A stretch of DNA of 64,000 bases from a virus (taxonomy: Duplodnaviria; Caudoviricetes): positions 1-64,000 of the IMG/VR virus record IMGVR_UViG_3300027751_000009. One strand, 5' to 3'. Positions 30,801 to 38,367 of the stretch are shown here, one piece after another. Below the pieces are notes generated by a model. The model saw only the letters and a program-made list of their open reading frames with translations, was not told the origin of the DNA and did no database searches. Within the stretch, counting starts at the first letter, position 1. Every line of letters begins with the position of its first letter. The position numbers were made by a program, and so were the translations under genes.

Positions 30801-31673
30801 CCTTTTACTTCAACGTTCTCTAATACGGGTATTCTATCAATACCAGAAACCTTATTTGCAGGATTAGTAGATATAAAAGGTGGTGCTTTTTCAAGTACTT
30901 TTTCAGGTAGTCAAATAACATCAATACCAGCTGATTTATTTAAGGATAATATAAATGTAACTTCTTTTGCGGGTACTTTTGCAGGTACTAAAATAACAAC
31001 AATACCAGCCGATTTATTTAGATATAACACAAAGGTTGGTGTATCTGCTTTTAGTTCTTGTTTTAATTCTTGTTCAGAATTAGAAATAGTTCCTTCTGAT
31101 TTATTTAGATATAATACAGAAGCTTCTGCTTCTGCTTTTATTTTTACATTTGCACAAACACCTAAATTAAAAACAATACCAGCTGATTTATTTAGGTACA
31201 ATACTAAAGTAACGACAAATGCATTTCAATATCTTTTTTATCTTAGTGGTATAACAACTTTACCAGCTGATTTATTTAGATATAATGTTTTAGCTAGTAA
31301 TTACGCTTTTTATCTTATGTGTTATGGTGCAAACGAATTATTAACATTACCAGAAGGTTTATTTAGATATAATGTGAATGCTAATGTTGGTGCTTTTGAT
31401 TACACTTTTTATGATTGTAATAAATTACAATTAAATAGAAATATATTTTATAATGATGGAGAACAGGCAACACGCTTTGCAGGTAGTACTGATATAACTT
31501 TTTCTGCTACTTTCAATAAATCAGAAGATTTAGGATTACCAGGAGAAGCCCCTGATTTATGGAATTGTAACTTAGGTACTACACCGGGAGCACATTCAGG
31601 TACTTTTGGTGGATTAGGGAATAACTCAACTAGTTTAAGTAATTATAATTTAATACCTGTAGATTGGAAATAA
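21867..31673 (+). CDS. Giant tail protein: crAss-like muzzle/stabilisation N-terminal part fused to Ig (He_PIG-like), SNG repeats, delta-60-like propeller, two PKD-like domains and two LRR arrays
   Basis: aa 1-~1428 muzzle-like (RVYFTDNLNPLRVIN; DAWT.F; FGTS.R; YNE.LQKF); YTATNLPDGL.I...TGLI.G.PT; G.LD.SF..G.GF repeats; I/VDWGDG twice; FNQDI..WD.SNVT.M and IPADLFRYN repeats. Confidence 0.75.
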   Translation: MELNFEQLHLFVEGMKSSREQNAEEPSSYEYGLNGRLYSENGKLSYSSIKGTVPIYNNPKIIKYLGFYAFPDELLLLVKYDENATANLTSEISTQIIANDISINLDFGTTQYVFSNELSIGAIENINQATVQSSPQPVEPLTENYNQSGEIKTIDFNEYYLLSGKTVPNYQICTLGNANTIPEYNKQYSDAFIVLKNDGYHAFKGRLAWKGNLNWDINRKITTVGIDEGIHYKRVYFTDNLNPLRVINLKDKNLFYRTSEEFNVLQDATLLQPKVRKITEGGSIKAMSVQYAYRLMTDNGQVTSFSPFSELIKIVKDEDGYDFAGGAIDSLTSKRVELDCPIISTLYSKVQCIAIEFKTDSTPTSFRNLGIQNVDSVVSFIHSGNESELEDILTIEEVIETKHIWTYCNDITIKNNKLIAAGLRNKPYSLQEKYVEDLFLFKGWDELGASHDNALINPTPTTYKYFDPTYTGDMIYVEKQLYTRFLFFGNVTLTLNNKLNPNIRESITFKSSADQYIDYTLDVGAWLKGLSAGKLELFPNLKIEQIDYSILFSPIDELIKTNMSNYYFTTSVTQVIIDFENQYSILDTAVNPSALVFGAQSIGFNQGTGIRVSFEQQEEAILNKSPELYDGGELLKLQTPSLKKTFVKDEIYRLGIQCYKSGSPLFTIVCGDIKTPAVGELDYKNQSDDGNQLFVHRLELKVEVRIPCEFKDYIDSYQIVYVERTENNRTILAQGLAGPLIRLATINHPSVNGTAYAPDVYDKWTLPFNGGPLYSVNGLLTYTMLGENWDDFEEWSDDWGDTSDIRQRVFTREIVNRRMFYFDSPDAIYSKISDRNFKNGKIEVLGRVNTDHTGHLIRSRFPGDEIHPAYVLDVGTGIGLTFVSVPPGFQESEIYKSLAYSKKIGYTNVSGTSSSKPYHVNVSVFSQFTLDKKTIEIDKTTDLLAKGEVLPSAILGTSFDISNMALTLFAQNAYNSSLFLSAVYHDRLQRILCGSHKSSNNSEGYPSIFIRAKEDVFTDDFIGAHRYNPIKSKPHTWEGVSKLVDINGDLTTEGVPSTDAHAIINIKMDNEGSIYGGRTKYAFSKNVFIPLSEVIPLKGATGDNQSQKFNVQGDFYVSLFLRTKNDYSNALPPEKHDMHQNNNYVDEHYFASIDDWNRGGAWAYAVVLETEIESRLADSYRFYRASGGVNFDLGINEFINSAYYKKNDLRKYIPVPFNFKDDPLMVSSISASKTKLTGDYVDAWTTFLLYEFYELEKSKGIITNITNWKDEIFAIQEYETNQINVDTTNFVTTNEGQSVAIQKGTGSTFTNHKKVSDFGTSIRRALAEGEFGFSFIDEKNKAFVKFGESLSLPLEIQLKLQELFQYNKIIDTEGYYDVKYKETNIRIRTESGLTYLLSYNELLQKFNGWLAYDNDIYITYDKRVFAPSCQIRTVVLELPEISSNLQVEMQVGKYSEYQITVAEEVSGKGTAPKPVSYTATNLPDGLNININTGLIYGVPTTVGTYNVPIVVTNSVGVSQVILIVIVNPATLVGETNSSSEVIGVLSYLETVNIEGISNGQADVYGKLKAKGLLEVTINGIATTNGTLIGRAYFDEDINGSSTVTGQIQAIGSLLGISNGVASVVGEITGKSFIYGISNNVATVVGVLLQPLEFTGYATTYDITNDCRILVTGTFSQYGTPHSKQTVNDIAIIDSCGNLDETFNANIGLGFNDFMYWGYGSAISHDGSIFVGGSFTTFNGVSTNRLVKLNPDGTRDWSFDIGTGFNKASAIPLINKDGSVFYFGRFDTYKGAWRGQIVKLTPNGTIDYSFSGYFTSNIPIQLMDVGYNQMIAHGYTVGYNGSYIPHIVRIDKTTGQRDWTFNVPVGPNIAGEGKVMFSFVDGEKIIMLSQFFTQWDNLPAGGIVRLNRNGSRDETFVTGTGFTGGVVYKGAVFEGKYIISGTFTAYNGTPCPRLVRLNQDGSLDNTFNWNNNYGDYGPYNMVVMGENIYVSEARGAGTAQYLLVVDRDGNAKRMKKNPNKCIPFSCGSRLKGVIYAKTYPYGILGVRPNDQIIGVSNGSAVVSADIIDMPNPNLMVGASNSSSTAELYVITFDTTWNVNLSGGQSSPSGTLYFPLNIEETYDFIIEWGDGTSDRLTNAGQADRHHTYVSTGTSIYNVKINGIIPFHFIFAAYGVTYTDAAKLISVDRFGPMKFSQFGRTFNGCMNLTTLADDPNFETFTSGELVFQDNEKLVSDITNWDTSRVTTMKGMFSYTSNFNQDITNWDTSNVTNMEDMFLSCYDFSINLFGLDVSKVTNTNHMFYKCFKFNGTVPAFGPLLQSAIRMFYDCTIFNQPLSHLDVSGLQNANSMFLACTTFNQDISGWRPQITNANSMFNYTPFFNSDLNDWDMSNCEEMTSMFSGSAFNKPLNLWNTSSLKLTRFMFDYNQVFNQDISSWDMRKVEDAEAMFQYANAFNQDLSGWQFENLKHAGFMAGNKGYTDEWNFSKLETVRRFFGDVYKGDLNKFDISNITDFTWIFGGSNINKDFSSWDVSHVTTINFFAGNNAAFNQPLNHWDVSNVTDMSQAFWNTPSFKQDISDWNISNVTNISTFFGGTTNYPTHLVDACIIKWSQLPSLKITSITFGIGKHSEASVAAKALLLSNGVNVTTGGLMAGKWCIGKSIKAKATTIGSLRQTVSMAATSNGLATIDNTMIRLGILSIQGISNGLSTSSLATNPFILEVTTTTQNQNVILPLAKTYNYATNTSLVVESNVDWGDGVEQYIESNTSLNKSHIYAEPGVYQVKLTGRIDALYPLSYGNTNSAFTDIIQWGTNEFKELTGAFKGYPNLKSTGVGPIFFSGEHLTGLFQDSTLITSVSENLFTKCPNLKSNAFKQTFKNCRLTTIHEDLFKSNTGVYNSAFYETFKDNKLISIPENLFRYNTEVHDYAFYGTFQNNEITTIPVDLFKYNTKALNYTFTHTFNGNSLLTVIPDNIFTNFKGTLAPFTSTFSNTGILSIPETLFAGLVDIKGGAFSSTFSGSQITSIPADLFKDNINVTSFAGTFAGTKITTIPADLFRYNTKVGVSAFSSCFNSCSELEIVPSDLFRYNTEASASAFIFTFAQTPKLKTIPADLFRYNTKVTTNAFQYLFYLSGITTLPADLFRYNVLASNYAFYLMCYGANELLTLPEGLFRYNVNANVGAFDYTFYDCNKLQLNRNIFYNDGEQATRFAGSTDITFSATFNKSEDLGLPGEAPDLWNCNLGTTPGAHSGTFGGLGNNSTSLSNYNLIPVDWK
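28540..29620 (+). repeat. BspA/DUF285-type ~25-aa LRR array (coding)
   Basis: Repeated FNQDIxxWDxSxVTxMxxMF. Confidence 0.85.
30410..31450 (+). repeat. BspA/LRR_5-like ~26-aa array (coding) with conserved DNA cores
   Basis: Repeated TIPADLFRYNT...AF..TF; ACCAGCTGATTTATTTAG-like cores about every 80 nt. Confidence 0.85.
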
Positions 31674-31698
31674 ATTTAACTAATGCAACACCTTAATT

Positions 31699-32958
31699 AT
31701 GGCAAAGAGTAAAATAGTAATAAAGTTTTTATCAATATGTGAACAAGGAGATAGACTTGATATCGTAGTTGATAGACAAAGTGGACCAGTTTTATTAAGA
31801 GAAAGTTTTACAAGAACTTTAAGTACAAGTGGAGTTTCTAATACTGGTTTAGTTGCATATTCAACAAGTCCATCAAGAGCCGCATCAAATTATTATGATG
31901 CTTTAGTAAGAGATTATAGCGGTTATACTTTTTTGACTTTTAGTTACAATTCTGTTCTTGGTACAGTAACAATATCAGCGGTTGATGAATGTACTATCTT
32001 AACAACATTTCGTGTTGCTTCAATACCAATAGCAAACCCAGATACTAAAGTAGAACCTACTATTACAAATGAAGATTGTCGTGGAGATATAGTTGCTGAA
32101 TTTGAGAGTGCTGTTTATTTTAACCATATTTATTATCCTTGTGATAAAGTAATTGCAGAGATTAAAACAACAGTCCAATTAGCTACTTCTGACCAATTTG
32201 ATTATAGTTTAGGATTAGAAAATCCTTTAAGTCTATCATTAGACAGAGGTATTACTTATCGAATGACAGGGTTAGATATTAATGGTAATGCTTATGATTT
32301 TTCATTTCAGACACCTTCAATATTAAATGTGAGTTTAGTTACTATAAATGTTCGTAATGAAGTAGGACAAGCAGTAGTAGATATTATTAATGAAACTAAT
32401 TTAGAACTTCAATATAATATTGATAATGGAGCTTGGCAAGTTGGAACTACTTTTTATGTTCCTTTAGGAGCTTCCTATGTATTGTATGTAAAAGATGCTT
32501 ATGGTTGTGAAGACTCATTAAGTTTTACAGTAGATGAAACTGTTATCAGTACCCCATTAATAGGGGAAAGTAGGTACTGTCCAGACCTTCATGAATTAAA
32601 TGTAGGAAAATTCTTAAATTTGTTCGGTAAGCAACACACAATGAAATTAGGTTTCGTATGTAATGCAAGTCCACAGTACACTAAAATATTTAAACATATT
32701 CAAATGATATTAAGCACTGATTATGCTATCAAGAACGTTCAAGTAAAGACTTCTTTGAAACAAGAAAGATTTGTTCCGGGTAGTCATATGACTTATAGAA
32801 TACGAGAAGGTATGCACTCTGTTCCTTTAAAGAACCCACAAGATGTGGCTGATTTAAGAGGTAGCTGGGCTTATATCGAATTAGAAATAGAATCTATTAA
32901 TAACACTAAGGTTGATTTATTCTCTGTAATAATGCACCTAAGAAAAAGTACAACATAA
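31699..32958 (+). CDS. Tail protein with a SprB-like repeat and the apparent C-terminal part of the muzzle protein
   Basis: YNIDNGAWQ...YVLYVKDAYGC (SprB-like); from ~32580 LHELNVGKFLNLFG...FVCNASP..TKIF...REG...LRG.W...LRKS. Confidence 0.55.
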   Translation: MAKSKIVIKFLSICEQGDRLDIVVDRQSGPVLLRESFTRTLSTSGVSNTGLVAYSTSPSRAASNYYDALVRDYSGYTFLTFSYNSVLGTVTISAVDECTILTTFRVASIPIANPDTKVEPTITNEDCRGDIVAEFESAVYFNHIYYPCDKVIAEIKTTVQLATSDQFDYSLGLENPLSLSLDRGITYRMTGLDINGNAYDFSFQTPSILNVSLVTINVRNEVGQAVVDIINETNLELQYNIDNGAWQVGTTFYVPLGASYVLYVKDAYGCEDSLSFTVDETVISTPLIGESRYCPDLHELNVGKFLNLFGKQHTMKLGFVCNASPQYTKIFKHIQMILSTDYAIKNVQVKTSLKQERFVPGSHMTYRIREGMHSVPLKNPQDVADLRGSWAYIELEIESINNTKVDLFSVIMHLRKSTT

Positions 32959-33755
32959 TGGCACTAACAGACACACCTCCGAGTTACTTAGACAATTTAA
33001 GAAACAATTTCGATGCATGGAAAGAAAAAGCTGATAAAGCTCAAAAGATAAAAAACCCATCTTATGAGCCTGTTAGTTTAAATCCTCCTGAAAAAAGTTT
33101 ATCTGATGAACCTGGTTATGTAGACTATAAAGACTTTGATGAATCAGCTGACCCTAACTATCAACCAAGTACAGAACAAGGGATAAAAAGGACTGAGAAA
33201 CTTATTGATAGACACGTCAATAAGAGTATTAAGATGAAAGATAAAGCTGATAGCCTTAGAGCAACAAACCCTGATAGGGCTAATAGAATAATGGATAGAA
33301 GTGAGAAACGATTGAATAGAGTATCTGAAAAAGCAGAAGGTCTTATGGACCCTGAATATGCAAGTTCATTAGGTAGTGATGTAGCCGCTGGTGGTATCGC
33401 CGCTTTAGGAGAACTACCGAGTATTGTAAATCAGTTTTCTGATAAACCAGAGTCGGCAAAAGAAGCTACCGGTAAAAGTTTATCTTTAACAGCGAGTGGA
33501 GCAAAAATAGGAATGGCAGCAGCTGGACCTTGGGGTGCGGCAGTTGGAGCAGTAGTTGGTTTTGGTAGTGGTATTATTGCTAATTCAGGTTGGAGAAAAG
33601 ATCTTATGGAAAAAAACGATAAGATAGCACAAGTAGATTTAGATAATCAAAAGCAAGATAGAATGAAGCAATTATTTGAGAACTCTAATTCTGAACAATT
33701 ACAGCAAGAGCAAAAAATGTTAGCACAATCATTAGGATATACACGAATTTCTTAA
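32958..33755 (+). CDS. Putative ejected cargo protein with a glycine-zipper membrane segment
   Basis: ASGAKIGMAAAGPWGAAVGAVVGFGSGII; first gene of the cargo block. Confidence 0.55.
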   Translation: MALTDTPPSYLDNLRNNFDAWKEKADKAQKIKNPSYEPVSLNPPEKSLSDEPGYVDYKDFDESADPNYQPSTEQGIKRTEKLIDRHVNKSIKMKDKADSLRATNPDRANRIMDRSEKRLNRVSEKAEGLMDPEYASSLGSDVAAGGIAALGELPSIVNQFSDKPESAKEATGKSLSLTASGAKIGMAAAGPWGAAVGAVVGFGSGIIANSGWRKDLMEKNDKIAQVDLDNQKQDRMKQLFENSNSEQLQQEQKMLAQSLGYTRIS

Positions 33756-33765
33756 ACATAATATT

Positions 33766-36147
33766 ATGGCAGTACCAACAGTAACAGCATTAGATAGACT
33801 TCTAATAGACAATATGAAAAAAGGTCTTGGGATAGAGTCTGGAGAAAAAAAATACAAGGCCCTTAATACTTATAAAGGTCCTAATGGAGATAAGAAACCT
33901 ACCTATGCATTTGGATTATATCAATTCGTTCCTTATTCTCATTTAGAAGATATGAGAAAGTATGCTGAAAAATATCCAGAATTAGGTATGGATATTAAAG
34001 ATATGCCTACTTATGCTCAATTTAAAAAATTGCAAAATGCTAAAGATGATAAAGCAGTAGATGAATTATTTCAAGTTTTATATAATAATAAAGAATTTCA
34101 AGATGCTTTTTATGACCAATGGATGACTAAAGATATCATCCCTAATTCCAAAAAGTTACATGCTGAATTTGGTGAAAAGTATAATTTACCATTAGAAGCT
34201 TTTATTGCTTCTTCACATATTATGGGTTCTACAGGTGCAAGAACGAAATGGCTTGAAGCAGAGAAAAACCCAGCTGTTTTAGATGAAATTATTGATCCTC
34301 AAAATCCTATTTCAACTAATGATTACATTAAGAAATTCACAAAAGGAATTACAGATAAAGGTGGACAGTTAACTTATACTACACCTGAAGAAGATGCTAT
34401 ATTAGACCCTAATTACACCAATGTTGAAAACATTAAAAACAGTGTTCTTGATAATGCAGTAACACCAGAACAAAAAGGTTGGAAAAAGCATTTCACTGAA
34501 TATGATGAATTAAAGAAGACTTATATTCAAAAGCAAAACGACTTACAAAAAGCAGAAGAAGATGGTTTAGACGCTTCAATAATACAAGCAGAAAAAGATG
34601 TTAAAGACGCTGAATATAATCTATATAAAAAAGGATATACTTTACAAAATGTTATAGACGAGAAAAGACTTAAACAAGCTGAAGAAGATGTTAAGTTGTA
34701 TAGGAAAGGACATCAAAAAGAAAAAGATGCTCAACAAGTAATTAAAGAGCTTAAAGGGAATGTTTTAGGAAAACCTAAACAAGTAGCTAATAAAGCTGAA
34801 TGGTTAGAAGATAGACAGCCTAATTCTGGTTGGAAACTCAATAGTGGTTTAAGTCCTGAAGCAGTTAAAGAAGATAGAGATAAGAGAGAACTTTATTTAG
34901 AACAACACAGGAATATTTTAGTAGGAGATCCGATTAATCCTACAGACCCCTCTATTATTCAGAAGATAGACCAAGAAAAAGATAAGAGAGAAAAAGCTAA
35001 GGTCGTTATTCAGAATAAAGTAAAGAAAGCTAAAGATAATATCAAATCTATTACTGATGATAAAAAAGATGTAACAGAAGATTTACCTCCAGAAGAAGAA
35101 GTACTTCCTGATGCTCCTATAGACCCTTTAGAAATTGCTAAAATAAATAAGGAGGCTGGTGATTACCTTTCACGTTTTGATGAGCCTATCGAAAATATAA
35201 GGCCTGATGTATTTGATTATGATGCTGGTAATTGGAAACAAGAAATTCCATTTGAAGCTATCGGTGCTGGTGCTTTAGGTTTAATGGGAATGGCTGATGC
35301 TAAAACACCATTGCCAGAGAGAGATGATAAGATTTCAAATGCTATTTTACAATATAGCAATGATTTGAAAATGATGGCTCAAATGGGATTAAAACCCGAA
35401 GAGGAAGCTAAGATGAAGCAAGAGATAGCCGAAGCTTATCAGCAAGGAATTACAAATATTGTAAAAGCATCAGGTGGAAATAGAAATTTAGTATTGGGTG
35501 CTTTAGGTGGTTTAAATAAAGGTGTTATTGATGGTATTTCAAATATAGGTTTATTAGATATGACTAAGAAAGCTGATGCTTTTGATAAGTATGGAAAGAC
35601 CTTAGAATATATTGATAACTTCAATAGAACTAAATCTATAGACAACTACAAGGTAAAACTTGAAGATGCTCAATCAAAAAGATTAAGTGGTGCTCAATTA
35701 GCTTCTTCTGCTTTCGCTAAAATGGCTGATGATATTCAATATGCTAAAGAGAATGGTCCAGGTTCTATAAACCATAGATATAAACAAGCTATGCTGTATG
35801 AAATAACAGGTGTTAATGCTGGTATCAAAGATGATGGTAGTGGAACAATACCCGGAACAGCAAGTTACGTCAGAGCGCAACGTGCTATTGCTGATCAAGC
35901 TTACTACGATAGAAAGATAAAATACGATACAGAAGTAAACGCTCAAAATAGCTTTTTAGCATTACCTGAAAAAGATAAAATCTATTGGAAAAATAATGGT
36001 GGCTATGTGAATTTTAGACAACAATATCAAAGCCCTAAAGAACAAGACTCCAATGGTTCATTAATACCAACTCCAATGGAGGAAGTCATAAATAGAACAT
36101 CACAGTATAGCCCTGATGATGATTTTAACTCATACTCTAAAATATAA
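33766..36147 (+). CDS. Putative cargo protein with an N-terminal lysozyme/transglycosylase-like domain
   Basis: IES..Y.A.N...AFGLYQF and ASSHIMG..GA motifs; coiled coil; hydrophobic GAGALGLMGM. Confidence 0.6.
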   Translation: MAVPTVTALDRLLIDNMKKGLGIESGEKKYKALNTYKGPNGDKKPTYAFGLYQFVPYSHLEDMRKYAEKYPELGMDIKDMPTYAQFKKLQNAKDDKAVDELFQVLYNNKEFQDAFYDQWMTKDIIPNSKKLHAEFGEKYNLPLEAFIASSHIMGSTGARTKWLEAEKNPAVLDEIIDPQNPISTNDYIKKFTKGITDKGGQLTYTTPEEDAILDPNYTNVENIKNSVLDNAVTPEQKGWKKHFTEYDELKKTYIQKQNDLQKAEEDGLDASIIQAEKDVKDAEYNLYKKGYTLQNVIDEKRLKQAEEDVKLYRKGHQKEKDAQQVIKELKGNVLGKPKQVANKAEWLEDRQPNSGWKLNSGLSPEAVKEDRDKRELYLEQHRNILVGDPINPTDPSIIQKIDQEKDKREKAKVVIQNKVKKAKDNIKSITDDKKDVTEDLPPEEEVLPDAPIDPLEIAKINKEAGDYLSRFDEPIENIRPDVFDYDAGNWKQEIPFEAIGAGALGLMGMADAKTPLPERDDKISNAILQYSNDLKMMAQMGLKPEEEAKMKQEIAEAYQQGITNIVKASGGNRNLVLGALGGLNKGVIDGISNIGLLDMTKKADAFDKYGKTLEYIDNFNRTKSIDNYKVKLEDAQSKRLSGAQLASSAFAKMADDIQYAKENGPGSINHRYKQAMLYEITGVNAGIKDDGSGTIPGTASYVRAQRAIADQAYYDRKIKYDTEVNAQNSFLALPEKDKIYWKNNGGYVNFRQQYQSPKEQDSNGSLIPTPMEEVINRTSQYSPDDDFNSYSKI

Positions 36148-36150
36148 ATT

Positions 36151-38367
36151 ATGTCAGAAGGATTAGCATCAGCAGGTTTAACAGGTTTAACAGCAAATGT
36201 TGGTAGACGTGAATCAGCTCAACAAGAATTAGCCACTTTGGGTAAACTTGTTGAAATGAAAAAACAGAAAGAAGTAGAAGAACAACAAGCAGCTTTAATA
36301 GAACAGCAATACTATGATAAGATTAGAGCTGAAGCTGATAAGATGCTTGTAGGAGATAGAAAAGCTATCAATGAAAAGAGCAAGTCTATTCAAGGCCAAA
36401 TCAGACAGCAGATAAAAGCTTTTGGAGGTTCCAGAGCTAAATTTATGGCTAATGGTGGTTTAAGTATGATAGGTGACTATACTAATCAAGTACTTAATTC
36501 TGACGAAGTACAACAATATAAAGAGAACAAAATAAATCTTGAACGCTTGTTTGATGCACAAGGGAAAAAGTTAGGACACTTAATTTCTGATGGAGATATG
36601 CAGAGTTTACGTAACTACCAAAGTGAGGGTAAAGGCAAAATTAAATATAGTGGTTTAATGAATGAATTAGTTATGCCTGATGAAATGGCTTTTGCTTTTG
36701 GTACTCAGGCTACCGCTACAGACATTCTTTATAATGAAGAAAATTTTATGAAAACTGTAGGGAACTTCCAAATAGATCACCCTGAAATGGCAGAGGAAAT
36801 GCAAACTTGGTCACAAGCAAAATTACACGAAGAAATGAGAGCTTATGCTACGGCTAAAGGATATGCTGTTCATGGTAAAAATACAGCTATGGCAGCTGCA
36901 ATGAACCAGTCAAGAGGTACTGGTGGTAATCCTGCAAATGCAAAAGAAACCTTAGTTAAAAAAGTAAGTGGTGCTTTAGCTTGGAGTTTGAAAATGGAAA
37001 ATAAGGTAGTTTCAATAGACCAAATAAGAAATCAATCATTAGCGAATAATGAAATGCTTAGAGGTTTATATGGAACTGTTGGTAATGAGAAATATTCAAG
37101 TGTAGGTAAGATAAATGGTACTATTATTGAATCAGTAGGAGAAGTTGCAGGAGAAGTATTTACATTAGGTTTATGGGATTATGACAACAATGCAAGTTAC
37201 AGAATAAAAGGTGGTCTTAAACTAAGTTCTCAAATCGCTAATGCGGCTTTTAAAACACAAAACGGAGAAAGCTATACTATGGTAAATGGTGTTTATGAAA
37301 ACTTTGACCCTATGGTTATGGATAACTTACACGCTGCAAATGGTGTGCCTATTGGAGATAAATCAAAGCTACCTAAAGGAGCTTGGAGAAACAAAGGTGC
37401 TGTTATGGCATATAAGATAAAAGCACAAGATGGTAAAGGTTATCTGGTTGTAGAAGCTACAGATAATCATGGTAAGATAGATAATGGTGCTGCTAAAAGA
37501 AACAAGACTATGTATTCCAATGATATGAAAGATGAAGATGGTAACGATTTACCAATTGAAGGAATGATGAGTATGTATGTTGCTTTACAAGACCCTAAAG
37601 GCTTAACGTATTATCAAGAGATAGATTTTCAAGGAGAAGAAAGACAAAGTACTTTCGGAACACATATGGGAGATTACGATGAATTATCTGACCAATTATT
37701 AGAGAACAAACAAGTAAAAGATACTTATGACAGAAACTTGTTAAGAGCTAAAGTACAAAGAGAAGGTAAAGCTGAAATACCTATTGCTCATGAAACATTT
37801 GATAATAACCCTGTATTCAAAGCACAAACTTTATTAAACGAGAAAACAGTTGGTGGTGATGGTCGTTCAAGATTAATGAAAGCATTCTATATGTCTTACT
37901 TTGATTTATATACTAAAAATGAAGACTCTCCAGGTTATGATATAGATAAAGGTATTGAAGAAAATCATTTCAAAACTGTACTTGATGGTATGGGTATGGG
38001 TACTTATTTGAGAAGTCCAAAATATGATGATTATCAGATATTGAGTCAAATGAGAGTTGAACTTTCAAAACCTCAACATAATACATCTGATGAAATGACT
38101 GAAAATAATCAGATATTACTTGAAAAAATAAGCAATTATTTTACTCAAACAGATATCGTAAAAGGACAGAAACCTAAATTAAGAGAAGGTGCTGACTTTG
38201 GTTTTACACCTGGCAGTAGTTGGGAAGTAGTAAAAGATTTCAAAGGTAAATCTCATGAAGAAGGTGGTATTGATATTACCATAGACCGTAAAGGTGTAAA
38301 TATTAATAAAGGTAAAGTAAAAGCCAAAAAAGGTGTTGTATTTAACGGTAAACATTTTCAATTATGA
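36151..38367 (+). CDS. Putative ejected cargo protein
   Basis: 738 aa; N-terminal coiled coil; C-terminal GKSHEEGG motif recalled from crAss-like cargo proteins. Confidence 0.55.
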   Translation: MSEGLASAGLTGLTANVGRRESAQQELATLGKLVEMKKQKEVEEQQAALIEQQYYDKIRAEADKMLVGDRKAINEKSKSIQGQIRQQIKAFGGSRAKFMANGGLSMIGDYTNQVLNSDEVQQYKENKINLERLFDAQGKKLGHLISDGDMQSLRNYQSEGKGKIKYSGLMNELVMPDEMAFAFGTQATATDILYNEENFMKTVGNFQIDHPEMAEEMQTWSQAKLHEEMRAYATAKGYAVHGKNTAMAAAMNQSRGTGGNPANAKETLVKKVSGALAWSLKMENKVVSIDQIRNQSLANNEMLRGLYGTVGNEKYSSVGKINGTIIESVGEVAGEVFTLGLWDYDNNASYRIKGGLKLSSQIANAAFKTQNGESYTMVNGVYENFDPMVMDNLHAANGVPIGDKSKLPKGAWRNKGAVMAYKIKAQDGKGYLVVEATDNHGKIDNGAAKRNKTMYSNDMKDEDGNDLPIEGMMSMYVALQDPKGLTYYQEIDFQGEERQSTFGTHMGDYDELSDQLLENKQVKDTYDRNLLRAKVQREGKAEIPIAHETFDNNPVFKAQTLLNEKTVGGDGRSRLMKAFYMSYFDLYTKNEDSPGYDIDKGIEENHFKTVLDGMGMGTYLRSPKYDDYQILSQMRVELSKPQHNTSDEMTENNQILLEKISNYFTQTDIVKGQKPKLREGADFGFTPGSSWEVVKDFKGKSHEEGGIDITIDRKGVNINKGKVKAKKGVVFNGKHFQL

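Noticed and set aside
28540-31450. CRISPR array or DGR target, suggested by the periodic repeats
   Set aside because: The repeats are degenerate, in-frame LRR units; there are no unique spacers, no reverse transcriptase and no adenine-specific TR/VR pair in the window
26151-32580. Intein or self-splicing intron explaining the interrupted muzzle
   Set aside because: The insert starts with Cys but has no Hint/LAGLIDADG motifs or His-Asn end, spans a stop and a new start, and encodes adhesin domains; no intron-like structure was seen
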